Part shown: positions 1 through 8,658 of the stretch, in pieces | How positions within the stretch are numbered: position 1 is the first letter of the stretch | How the letters are laid out: every line of letters starts with the position of its first letter | Source of the DNA: Bifidobacterium longum subsp. longum JCM 1217 | Lineage (GTDB): Bacteria > Actinomycetota > Actinomycetes > Actinomycetales > Bifidobacteriaceae | DNA: 32,000 nt | Direction: 5' to 3' | Assembly: GCF_000196555.1 (NCBI RefSeq) | Contig: NC_015067.1 | Location: 2,040,001 to 2,072,000 of the forward strand | Notes under the pieces: model-generated | Databases searched by the model: none | What the model was told of the DNA's origin: nothing | What the model saw: only the letters and a program-made list of their open reading frames with translations | Position numbers and translations under genes: made by a program

Positions 1-1619
1 GCACCCCACGCGGTTTCGACAATGAGTTTGGAACCTTCCACATTAGCGTCGGATGGGATGGAGAACTCACCTGTGATAGTAGTCGTCTCCCCACGTTTCA
101 CTGTTCCTGTGGCCACACGATTAATTGTGCCGTCTGCATATTGAATCGCCACATAAAACAGGTGGGAAGTCACAGCCGATGAATCGACGCCGTCCATCTC
201 ATGGTCGTATCGAATCGTTGCACTGGCACGATATGTCACGCCCTGCTGCAATTTTCCATCCATAGATTGACCCGGGCCAGCGCCATTGTATTCGCCACGA
301 TTCGTCACAGCAAGACTCGTGGTTCCAGAAAGAGAACCATCCGTAATCGCGGTAAGCGTACCATTCCACTGAGGGGTCCACGATTCAGTCCCGTTTTCGA
401 AATCGCCATTGTCCACCAGCTCGATTCCAATCAGAGAATCGTCAACCTGAGGAGGCTCCTCCAGAGTCCACCAATCCTGATCCTGATAAGACTGATGAGG
501 CGCGTCATTATCAAAATCGTCCGAATTGACCAGGGAACGCTGGCGAACCAGATTCTCCAAATCAGCAGGCAAATCAATCAGTTTGTCGTAGGTGTCCGAC
601 GCGCTTACCTGATTATTGTCCCCAAACACAGGCCATCCGTCATCACCCCACGTTGCAGGAATCAAACCGGGAATACGTCCGGTCGGATATGTGTCTCGGA
701 AGAAGAATCCATGCCAAGACGTCGTGCCATCACCGTTGTCGACTTCAACAAGGCTACCTTGTGCGAAAGCACCTAGATAATACTTTTTGGCTTCGTATTT
801 GGAGCCATCAAGCAAATCAGTGGTGCGCAGCAGCATCACCATACGACCGTCTTTGCCCCAGTAAATCGTTGGAGTATAGAAATAATCACCGATTTTGAAA
901 GTCTGAGATCCTTCAAATCCGGTAGGAGTCTCACCAAGATCATCAGTGAACTGTTCGGCAGAGATGATATTCTCATGGCTCTCCACCACCGTGGTTAAAT
1001 CATCGGACAGCCTATATTGGTTGACGCCGGAGATAATCCAAGGACTCCCTTGCTCATCAAAATACAATGACGGATCATGGAATCCCCGATTAAGGGCAAT
1101 CTTCGTCCAAGGACCATTCTCAATATCATCGGTGTAGTAGATATAAGCGCCATTAAGGTTGTTCGTATTGAATAACACGTAGAAGCGGCCATTGTGATAG
1201 CGCAGCGACGGAGCCCACTCGCCTTCGCCATACGAGCTAGCTCCATTGCGCAAGGATGAAGCATCGCTCATAGAAATGCGATCATACACGTACGTGACTA
1301 TCCACCAATTGACCAGATCATAGGATTTCATAATTGGAGATCCGGGACTGAGCTCCATAGTGGTACTCACCATGTAATACACATCACGACCGTCTTTGTT
1401 ATTCGGATCGTCCTTCGACACACGAATAACACTGATATCCGGAACATCCGTGTTCAACATGGGAATGGAATACGTGCCATCACCGCTATCAGTCGTGGTG
1501 TAACTGCCATCCGATGGCGTTGAAGATGGCGTTGAATCATCCGCAAAGACCGGCATTGGCGCCAAAATCAACCCACAAGTCGACAACACCGCGATAGCAC
1601 TAGCCGAAATTTTTTGTCG
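1..1619 (-). CDS. Secreted GH43-family glycoside hydrolase (arabinofuranosidase/xylosidase-like) with C-terminal CBM-like module; 3' end lies beyond the window, start codon unresolved
   Basis: Absent from the ORF track because it runs off the window. In the minus frame whose plus-strand triplets start at 3,6,9... I found no stop (tta/cta/tca) from 1619 to the edge. The upstream in-frame stop is TAA at 1622-1620. Translation starts RQKISASAIAVLSTCGLILAPMPVFADDSTPSS (signal-peptide-like). It continues DISVIRVSKDDPNNKDGRDVYYMVSTTMELSPGSPIMKSYDLVNW, GEGEWAPSLRYHNGRFYVLFNTNN and GFHDPSLYFDEQGSPWIISG (GH43 propeller-type motifs). It ends VDNGDFENGTESW...AVTNRGEYNGAGPGQSMDG (CBM4_9/CBM22-like). Family call is from memory of motifs, not a search. 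Confidence 0.7.
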
Positions 1620-1802
1620 TAAATAATTCATAAGTCTTTTAAACTTTCATGATAAGCACTCAACATCGAGTGCGTATTCCAATAGCATGTCCGCACAAAT
1701 CAGCAATGAATGACGATAAGACATTCCCGCATATGGATAAGTGATGGACATTACCACTGCCAAAACTTACGCTTGAACAAGTACCAGTTCTAGGTTTCAT
1801 GT

Positions 1803-1838
1803 GCGGTCATCCCGAGGCTGCCGCTACGGGATGACCGC
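1803..1838 (-). terminator. Stem-loop 16 nt downstream of the 850-aa GH43 gene
   Basis: Perfect 12-bp inverted repeat GCGGTCATCCCG (1803-1814) / CGGGATGACCGC (1827-1838) with a 12-nt loop, just after the stop at 1854-1856. No U-tract follows, so intrinsic termination is only plausible. Confidence 0.45.
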
Positions 1839-1853
1839 ATTACCAAGAGGTAA

Positions 1854-4406
1854 CTAGCGCATCTCGCGACGCACTCGCGCTACGATCACACCAGTGAGAG
1901 CCAAGCAAGCGACAATCACAGCACCAGGCAAGACAGAGGAACCGGTTTGTGCCAAATCCACGCCATCCGTGTCATCAACGGCATCGGAAGCATTGTCATT
2001 GGAGCCGTCGGCATTGCCATCAGTGGAATCATCAGCCAGCTTCAGACCGGCACGTGCACTATTCAATGCAGCAAGCGCATCTTGAACCTGCTGTTCAGTA
2101 GCGGATTCATCCTGCAATACCGCCTGAGCCTTCTGCAATGCGTCAGCAAACACCTTCCAGCTCTCTTCCGTGTAATCGGAAGCGTTCAGGCTGGAATTCT
2201 CATTCACTGCGCTCTGCAAATCAGACTTGTCCACCGGAGTCGAAGGAGTTTCATCCTGCGACTCCGTGAAAGTGTACGTAGTGATGTCGTACAGCTCATC
2301 CTGAGCATTCGCACCACCATCGGATTTGAAGGAGAACACCACATGATGCACCCCTGTCACACCCTCAAGGGTGGTCGTGTAATCGGCGTACTCGGATCCA
2401 TCACCGGCAGGAATCGAAATAGAAGCCACAGGTTCGGAATCCGGATCATCAAGACGAATCTCAAGGATGCCTCCGGCTTTGCCAGCTGCAGTCACAGTCA
2501 GCGAAGAGGCGCCGTTATTCCCGAAATCGACATTCGCCAAAGACGTCCACTCACCATTATTAATATTGCTGAGCTTCTGACCTTCGGAATTGTCTGTAGT
2601 CATATCGACCACGCGCACACCAGAAGTCAGGTCATATGCGTTCTGAATGCCGGAATCCCATGCAATGGTGGAAGCTGGAATGCCTCCATCTTGATACGCG
2701 TCCAGATTCTTCACCGAAGAGAGACCCTCATATGTCATTGCAATATCGGCAATGGAACCATCCTCGTTAACCGTAATCGGATCGAGATGAGTATTTCGGT
2801 AGCCATGCGCCGCGTCAAGATTACCGCCGTTCATCAATTCCTTTGCCACCGTTTGCGCATGGTAGGTCATATACCACTGGTCGCCAAGTTGAACCATCGC
2901 GTGATGATTGTTGCCGCCAACACCGAAATACGTGCTCGGATTCTTCAGAATCTCACCCTGATAAGTGAACGGCCCCATCGGGTTGTCTGAAGTCATATAC
3001 GCGATATTGCCGTAACCGACCGTGTTACCATCAATTACGTTGTCATGGCTGAAATTAGTGCAATACGAGTAGTAATAAGTACCACCTATCTTGGCAATCC
3101 CGGAGTCCTCAAACATGGCAGGTGCGTCTATGGCCTGAGCCTCACCTTCGGTATGCAGCATGTCATCGGACAGTTTAATAACGCGAGCCGTGTTCGGATG
3201 TTCTTCCTCGCCTGTCGGAACACCACCTCCGTAATACAGGTAGCCCTGCCCGTCATCATCCACGAACACCGCGGGATCAAACAGCCAGACCACACCAGCG
3301 GATTCAGGAGTACCGCCCTTAATCAACAGCTCACCGGTTTCGTCCTTCCACGGACCAACAGGAGAATCCGAGGTCAGCACACCGATACCGCTGCCGCCAT
3401 TGGCGAAATACAGGAAGAACTTCTCTTTACCGTTGATGGTCTTATGAGCGACGGCAGGAGCCCAGGAATTGCTGGCCCAGGTGGCCACCCCCTGTTCTCC
3501 AGCCACACGAATGTAACCCTCATTACGCCAATTGACCATGTCATCACTGGACAGAACATTGATGGTCTTTACTTGAGCGAACGAATTGTCCTTGATCTGC
3601 CCAGTACTGTCATATTCATAGTCATAATTCAACGAGCCATCAGCATTCACAGAAGTGCCATCACCCGTAGTGTAGATATATACGCGTCCGTTGTATTCCA
3701 TAGCCCACGGATCGGCGCCATACCAATAATCGATAATCGGGTTTGAATAGTCGCCGAAAGCCTTGGCTGCCGTTGCCGTACCCGTAGTCGGCGGCACGAA
3801 TGAGGAACCAGAATCCGAACCGGTTACGGAAATGTCGTCGACAATGAAGTCGGCATTGCTCGTGCCATACTTGTTTTCAATCACCAGCGAGGGACTGGTG
3901 AAATCACCACTACCACCTAACGTTCCAGTACCTGAAATTTGTGTCCACTCACCCGCTTTCGCCGTTCCGGTCGCAATCTGGTCACATCCGGAACCATTAC
4001 CCGAACAAACAGTGATATTGAATTCACCGTCTTCCGTGGCCTTGACCCACATACTTCCGGTATATGTCTGTCCTTTTTCCACCTTGCCATCAAGAGACTG
4101 GATTGCACCAGCATCAGAGGATGTACGATCAGTAACGCTCAAGGCGCCACTGCCACCATGCACATCATCCGCAGTGACGGCAATGGACGATGCGGAGCTA
4201 TTCCACACCGTTCCAGACTTCCAACCATTAAGATCGTCTTCGAATCCGCCGTTGACGACCAATTCGACGGGTTCATCGGCCGACGCCGCAGTCACTCCGA
4301 TAGTCGCTGGAAATACAGCCCCCATGCAACACAGCACGGATGCAGCCGCAGCAGCAACCACACGACCGGTTTTCCTTGTTTGCAATATGTGAATGTTATA
4401 AACCAT
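1854..4406 (-). CDS. Cell-wall-anchored multidomain GH43 glycoside hydrolase (arabinofuranosidase/arabinoxylan-active type) with CBM modules and an LAQTG sorting signal
   Basis: ORF track, 850 aa. Signal peptide VAAAAASVLCCMGAVFPATIGVTAASA. N-terminal ELVVNGGFEDDLNGW module (CBM4_9/22-like). GH43 core: NPIIDYWYGADPWAMEYNGRVYIYTTGD, WAPAVAHK, FFLYFANGG, MFEDSGI. CBM6-like block NNGEWTSLANVDFG...ILEIRLDD. Helical FIVAR-like repeat DKSDLQSAVN...ALNSARAGL. C-terminus is LAQTG, then a hydrophobic stretch, then RVRREMR. GGAAAGGGAA Shine-Dalgarno lies 5 nt before the ATG. Confidence 0.85.
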   Translation of the reverse strand: MVYNIHILQTRKTGRVVAAAAASVLCCMGAVFPATIGVTAASADEPVELVVNGGFEDDLNGWKSGTVWNSSASSIAVTADDVHGGSGALSVTDRTSSDAGAIQSLDGKVEKGQTYTGSMWVKATEDGEFNITVCSGNGSGCDQIATGTAKAGEWTQISGTGTLGGSGDFTSPSLVIENKYGTSNADFIVDDISVTGSDSGSSFVPPTTGTATAAKAFGDYSNPIIDYWYGADPWAMEYNGRVYIYTTGDGTSVNADGSLNYDYEYDSTGQIKDNSFAQVKTINVLSSDDMVNWRNEGYIRVAGEQGVATWASNSWAPAVAHKTINGKEKFFLYFANGGSGIGVLTSDSPVGPWKDETGELLIKGGTPESAGVVWLFDPAVFVDDDGQGYLYYGGGVPTGEEEHPNTARVIKLSDDMLHTEGEAQAIDAPAMFEDSGIAKIGGTYYYSYCTNFSHDNVIDGNTVGYGNIAYMTSDNPMGPFTYQGEILKNPSTYFGVGGNNHHAMVQLGDQWYMTYHAQTVAKELMNGGNLDAAHGYRNTHLDPITVNEDGSIADIAMTYEGLSSVKNLDAYQDGGIPASTIAWDSGIQNAYDLTSGVRVVDMTTDNSEGQKLSNINNGEWTSLANVDFGNNGASSLTVTAAGKAGGILEIRLDDPDSEPVASISIPAGDGSEYADYTTTLEGVTGVHHVVFSFKSDGGANAQDELYDITTYTFTESQDETPSTPVDKSDLQSAVNENSSLNASDYTEESWKVFADALQKAQAVLQDESATEQQVQDALAALNSARAGLKLADDSTDGNADGSNDNASDAVDDTDGVDLAQTGSSVLPGAVIVACLALTGVIVARVRREMR

Positions 4407-4426
4407 TCAGTTCCCTTTCCTGAATG
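4404..4426 (-). promoter_or_regulatory. Stem-loop over the GH43 translation start (Shine-Dalgarno in the loop, AUG in the 3' arm)
   Basis: On the mRNA: CAUUCAG (rc of 4420-4426), loop GAAAGGGAA, then CUGAAUG (rc of 4404-4410), which contains the AUG at 4406-4404. The 7-bp stem is perfect. Confidence 0.3.
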
Positions 4427-4439
4427 ATGGAGGGCGACT

Positions 4440-4449
4440 CCCCCCCCCC
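4440..4449 (-). repeat. G10 homopolymer (C10 on the plus strand) 34 nt upstream of the GH43 start codon
   Basis: Counted directly: c4440 plus c4441-c4449, flanked by t4439 and a4450. Confidence 0.95.
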
Positions 4450-4949
4450 ATCATTTTTTCTTCGCCGCACAATCGAATCCCACGTTGGTTACGACCACAT
4501 CGCGGCTCATTGCAAAGCCATGCCAGAGGAACGTCCCTCAAGGGCAGCCATGCAACAGCCATTGTATAAATGAGCGCATTTCACTCGCGATCGTCCTTGA
4601 TAACAAATTGATAACGATATGCACAATGAAAATAAGTTCACATAAACGCAACGCAACACATCAAATATGACAGTTTCATATGCCAATTACACACTTTGCA
4701 TAACATATTTCAACAAAGAATGGAGACGTACAAGCGAACTCATCTGATGCCACCACTCATCGCCTATAAAGCTGGCGTGTCGCGCCACAATAACATCACA
4801 GCCGATAAAACGACACCCCGAAGTTGAGACTCATTCAACAATGCGGCCAGCTTAGACACACAACCAACGCTTCGCTTCATAGCACCGAACATTGATTCCA
4901 GCACAGTCACGACCATCTTCTTTGAAGGCAATCGTGTTTACGCCCCGGG

Positions 4950-6133
4950 TTCTAAATAGAAGTGCAACACCTTGTCTAGGGTTGGAAGTGTTCGAAGTTT
5001 CTAACTTAAGAAGGTGTTGCACTCATGGGTCAACAGTATTCGCACCTGTCGTCCGAGGAGAGGATCCTGATCGAGAAGCTGCATTGCGAACAGCATCTGA
5101 GCGTCCGGAAGATCGCGGAGGAAATCGGTCGGGACAAGTCCACGGTGTCACGCGAGCTGAGGCGCGGCCTGTGGTTCGCGTCCAACGAGAACGGGTCGTA
5201 CCGTCCCTACCGGCCGAAACGGCTGAAGACCGGGCCGTGGACCTCGGGTCCGTTCTATTCGGCGCTGGCCGCGCAGAGGAAGGCGGACCTGCGCCGGCGC
5301 GGATCCCGCAAGCCGCGTCGCATGGACTCGGACCGGCTTCGCGCCTGGGTGCTGGACTCGCTGCGCAGGGGGTGGAGCCCGGAACTGATCGAGGGACGGT
5401 TGAAGGCCCAGTACGCCGGCGACCCGTCGATGCGGATCAGCCACGAGTGCCTCTGCCAGTGGATCTACGCCAAGCCGCAGCGGGCGCTGGACCTGCGCCA
5501 GTACCTGGCGCGCGGCAGGAAACGCCGGACGAGGAAAAAGGGCAGGAAGGCGAAAGGGCCGCGCATCCCGATGCGCGTGCCCATCGCGGACCGGCCCGAG
5601 GCGGTCGGATCCAGGAAGGGGTTCGGCCATTTCGAGTCGGACACGGTGGTCGGCGCCGCGCCGTCGAGGCGCTGCATGAACACGCAGGTGGAGCGCAGGA
5701 GCCGCAGGCTGTTCGCCCGGCTCGTCGACGACAAGAGCGCGTCCGCCACGGCCAGGGCCGAATACGAGATCTTCAAGGACATCCCGCCGGCCGCGCGCGT
5801 CGACCGCACGTGGGACAACGGCACGGAGGCGAGCCTGCACATGCTGGTGGACGAGGCGCTGGGCATGCTCACGTACTTCGCCGACCCGTACAGTTCCTGG
5901 CAGCGTGGCAGCAACGAGAACAGGAACGGCAGGATCCGCCGCTATCTGCCCAAAGGAACCGGGTTCGAGGACTTGGCCCAGGAGGACCTCGACGCGATCG
6001 TCGGGGAGATCAACGACACCCCCATGAAGCTCCTCGGCTACAAAACGCCCAACGAGGTATGGGACGAGGAGATCGCCAAGCTACAATCGAAGGCAGCCAG
6101 CCCGAACACAAGCGTTGCGCTTACAAATTGAAT
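4950..6133 (+). mobile_element. Complete IS30-family insertion sequence (about 1.18 kb)
   Basis: Single transposase ORF. Imperfect terminal inverted repeats: TTCTAAATAGAAGTGCAACACC (4950-4971) against the reverse complement of GCGTTGCGCTTACAAATTGAA (6112-6132), roughly 14 of 21-23 positions. CCGGG lies on both flanks (4945-4949 and 6134-6138) and may be a target duplication. An internal 11-bp inverted repeat AGTGCAACACC (4961-4971) / GGTGTTGCACT (5013-5023) ends 1 nt before the ATG. Ends are +/- 5 bp. Confidence 0.75.
5025..6131 (+). CDS. IS30-family DDE transposase
   Basis: ORF track, 368 aa. N-terminal HTH LSVRKIAEEIGRDKSTVSRELRRG. Catalytic-region blocks GFGHFESDTVVG, RTWDNGTE and YFADPYSSWQRGSNENRNGRIRRYLPKG are typical of IS30 transposases. 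Confidence 0.9.
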   Translation: MGQQYSHLSSEERILIEKLHCEQHLSVRKIAEEIGRDKSTVSRELRRGLWFASNENGSYRPYRPKRLKTGPWTSGPFYSALAAQRKADLRRRGSRKPRRMDSDRLRAWVLDSLRRGWSPELIEGRLKAQYAGDPSMRISHECLCQWIYAKPQRALDLRQYLARGRKRRTRKKGRKAKGPRIPMRVPIADRPEAVGSRKGFGHFESDTVVGAAPSRRCMNTQVERRSRRLFARLVDDKSASATARAEYEIFKDIPPAARVDRTWDNGTEASLHMLVDEALGMLTYFADPYSSWQRGSNENRNGRIRRYLPKGTGFEDLAQEDLDAIVGEINDTPMKLLGYKTPNEVWDEEIAKLQSKAASPNTSVALTN

Positions 6134-6151
6134 CCGGGGGCCTCATGAGCC

Positions 6152-6210
6152 GAGGGTGTAAGGGATAAGGTGTAAAGGGTAAGGGTTTAAAGGCGTAAGG
6201 GTGTAAGGGG
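6152..6210. repeat. Degenerate GTAAGGG heptamer array (about 6 units)
   Basis: gagggTGTAAGGGataagGTGTAAAGGGTAAGGGtttaaaggcGTAAGGGTGTAAGGGG, lying between the IS30 right end and the stop of the ABC pseudogene. Confidence 0.6.
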
Positions 6211-6214
6211 ACAC

Positions 6215-7280
6215 TCACTCCTGCCGGTACAGCCGCGAATACAATCCGCCGGCCTGCAGCAGTTCGTCATGCGTACCGGATTCGACGATCTGCCCATGAT
6301 CCATGACATGGATGCGGTCGAAATCCCGAATCGATGCGAGTCTGTGCGCCACGACGATGCACGCATTGTCGGAGTCGAGCAACGCCGTCATGACATGTCG
6401 CTCGGTATCGTTGTCCAGAGCACTGGTGGGTTCGTCCATAAGTAGGAAGTCCGGTCTTCCGACGACCGGATCCATCATCCCCTCGTTGATGCCGGCAACC
6501 TCGCACGCCCTGACGATGTCGTCATCCGTCAGCCACGGACGGTGCAGCGTGATATTGTCGCGCAAGGTTTCGTTGAACACCGTGGATTCCTGATGCACAT
6601 ACGCCAGCCTGTCGGCCTTCCATCGGCTGTCCGCGTCGTAAATCCGGCATCCGCCGTCGTTGATGGTCACCGTGCCACAGACGGGTTCGATGAGTCCGGC
6701 GAGCAGTTTCAGCAGCGTGCTTTTGCCCGAGCCAGTGGGGCCGACGATGGCGATCTTGTCGCCTTCACCGGCGGGAATCATCTCGCAAATCTTGCGCATA
6801 TAGGTGGCGAACGCCATGATCTGGCTGATGACGCCGACGATGCCGGAGAAGGTTTCGATGAAGGCGCGTTGCACGTCAGCCTGCGCGACGGTCGCACGCT
6901 CGACCAGCGTCCTGTTGCGCAGGGAATAAATGACGGATACGACGAGCACCGCCGCGCACACCGTCAGGGTCAGCATCGTCAATGGCGCTGAATAGGCGAT
7001 CATCATGATCAGGTAGACCACGAGGAACACCATCGACACGACCGTCGACGGCAGACTGCCGGTCACGATCTGTTCGACGACCATGACCAGGTTCGCGCGG
7101 TAGATCAGGTCACCACTGGAACGGTTCACGAAGAACGGGAACTCCCGATCGAGCACGCCGGTCATGTATCGGCGGGACAGGTATCGTCCGAATCGCACCT
7201 GCACGCGGGTGAGCATCATGGTGTTCAACGCGCCGACCGCCATCGCCGTGAACGCCGGGCGCGCTGCCTTCCACGCGGCC
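6215..7280 (-). pseudogene. Degenerate ABC exporter (fused TMD-NBD): 5'-truncated with internal deletions
   Basis: The ORF track gives 459 aa (6215..7594), but only about 6215-7280 looks ABC-like. Present: TMD segment LTRVQVRFGRYLSRRYMTGVLDREFPFFVNRSSGDLIYR, Walker A GPTGSGKST, Walker B FLLMDEPTSALD, H-loop VVAHRL. Missing: the first TM helices (that part of the ORF is antisense of the IS30 remnant), about 100+ aa between the TMD and Walker A, and the LSGGQ signature region (EVAGINEGMMDPVVGRPDFLLMDEP is too short). Confidence 0.7.
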
Positions 7281-7289
7281 ACGGGAGGC

Positions 7290-7872
7290 GTCGCAGGCGT
7301 GGCGGCGGGAGGACGTCGCGTTTCCCGATTCCCGGACGGGTTCCCATCTCCGAGCGTCCGCCGGAGGCCGGCGACCGCAGCGGTTTCGGCCATTGGGAGG
7401 CCGACGGCGTGATCGGCGCCGGATGCGACCTGCACACTGAGGTCGAGAGGAAGACCAGGTTCCTCATGGCCGGGATCGTGCCCGGCAGGACCGCCGGGGA
7501 AAGCGTCGGGGTGCGGCTGGCGATGTTCTCGCCGCTGCCGGCCGGCGCGCGCGTCAGCGTCACGCACGACAACGGCGCCGGGTTCGCCCGCCACACGCGC
7601 CTGCGCGACGGGCTGGGCATGGACACGTACTTCGCCGACCCGTACTCCAGCCGGCGGCGGGGAAGCAACGAGAACCGGAACGGCATGATCCGCCGGTATC
7701 TGCCCAAACGCAGCGAGATCCGGATGGGCATGGCCGGGGAACTGCGGGAGATTGTCGACGAGGCCGACAACCGTCCCATGCGCGTGCTGGACTACCGGAC
7801 GCCCGCCGAGGCATTCGCCGACGAACTGCTAGAATTGCAGGACCAACAGGGGGTGTTGCACCTCTAAATAGA
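7290..7872 (+). mobile_element. 5'-truncated second IS30-family copy (transposase C-terminal half plus right inverted repeat)
   Basis: The plus frame reads RFPIPGRVPISERPPEAGDRSGFGHWEADGVIGAGCDLHTEVERKTRFLMAG...VTHDNGAGF...YFADPYSSRRRGSNENRNGMIRRYLPK...DNRPMRVLDYRTPAEAF. This is collinear with roughly the C-terminal half of the intact transposase at 5025-6131. The HTH half is absent. GGTGTTGCACCTCTAAATAGA (7852-7872) matches the reverse complement of the intact copy's left end at 18/21. The left limit is approximate. Confidence 0.75.
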
Positions 7873-7947
7873 CATCGGGCACACGGTTTGCGCGGTGGTG
7901 AGCAGTGAGCGGTGAGTATTGAGCGACGTACGGCGACTCACGTGCGC

Positions 7948-8634
7948 TCACACAGTGGTGAGTAATCCGCCAAACAACACCACGAGCAGGGCGATGGTTT
8001 CAATCACGAAGTACAGAATGAAACTCGCCCAGCTTTTGGTCAGTACGTTCAGCGGCGAGGTCTTCCGGATAATCACCAGCAGACCAACAAACACCAGGGC
8101 GTATACGGCGATGCCGATCGCCGCCCCCATAATGCCCAGATTCGCGGCATTTGCCAGACCGGCCTGCTTGCCGTAGACCACGTACGTGGAATACCAGAAG
8201 TTGAGATTGAGCATGCTGAGTCCCGCGATGAACTGCTCACAGGCCAGCCCGAGCACGAACACGATCAGCCATGGCCAGGACGGCGAGACGACCACCGCCA
8301 TCGCCAATCCGACGTACGTGATCACCACGGCCACCCAACCGACCAGTGCGATACCTTGCGGAGACACTCCCCCGAGCACGGCCACAATGGAGTCAGTATT
8401 ATTCACCGCCAGCGAGCGACCGAACCAGTATGGCGCGATGATGGCGCACAGTACGGCAAGAATAATCAACGCCCAACGCAACGGATGGGAGCGACGGCGC
8501 TCGATATCAGCCAAAGACAAATCGGTCTCGGGTATGGAAGCCTCGGGGTGCCTGGAAACCTCGACGGTCTCTACTTTGCCGCCTACGATTTCCGTCGCCT
8601 CGTTAGGTTCTTGCTCGTTGGATTCCTGCTCCAT
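7948..8634 (-). CDS. Hypothetical polytopic membrane protein
   Basis: ORF track, 228 aa. Acidic N-terminal ~45 aa, then about five hydrophobic helices (WALIILAVLCAIIAPYWF, IALVGWVAVVITYVGLAMAVVV, WLIVFVLGLACEQFIAGL, IMGAAIGIAVYALVFVGLLVII, FILYFVIETIALLVVLFGGLL). No family recognised. Confidence 0.6.
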   Translation of the reverse strand: MEQESNEQEPNEATEIVGGKVETVEVSRHPEASIPETDLSLADIERRRSHPLRWALIILAVLCAIIAPYWFGRSLAVNNTDSIVAVLGGVSPQGIALVGWVAVVITYVGLAMAVVVSPSWPWLIVFVLGLACEQFIAGLSMLNLNFWYSTYVVYGKQAGLANAANLGIMGAAIGIAVYALVFVGLLVIIRKTSPLNVLTKSWASFILYFVIETIALLVVLFGGLLTTV

Positions 8635-8658
8635 GCACCGCCTCGCCGATTACCTGCT

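Noticed and set aside
1621-1632. ATG at 1632 as the start codon of the first GH43 gene
   Set aside because: On careful triplet counting it is one nucleotide out of frame with the body and terminates after 10 codons. It is reported as a frame discontinuity instead.
4485-4949. AT-rich 460-bp region upstream of the GH43 gene, with a 61-aa ORF and a possible gene remnant (minus frame ...VNTIAFKEDGRDCAGINVRCYEAKRWLCV stop) next to the IS30 left end
   Set aside because: The ORFs are short, without RBS or motifs. Joining the two IS30 flanks does not restore a longer frame. It is most simply promoter or leader DNA, possibly with a small relic.
4892-6148. 418-aa plus-strand ORF and minus-strand ORFs (5148..5840, 5465..5914) overlapping the IS30 transposase gene
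   Set aside because: These are alternative frames of a clearly recognisable IS30 transposase. They are Arg/Ala/Gly/Pro-rich with no motifs.
6152-6210. CRISPR array or telomere-like repeat
   Set aside because: Units are 6-8 nt, degenerate and contiguous without spacers, and there are no cas genes. It is a short microsatellite-like array only.
6215-7594. Reading the 459-aa ORF as one intact ABC transporter gene
   Set aside because: Its first ~100 residues are the antisense strand of an IS30 transposase fragment. The remainder lacks the signature motif and part of the TMD, so I call it a pseudogene limited to about 6215-7280.
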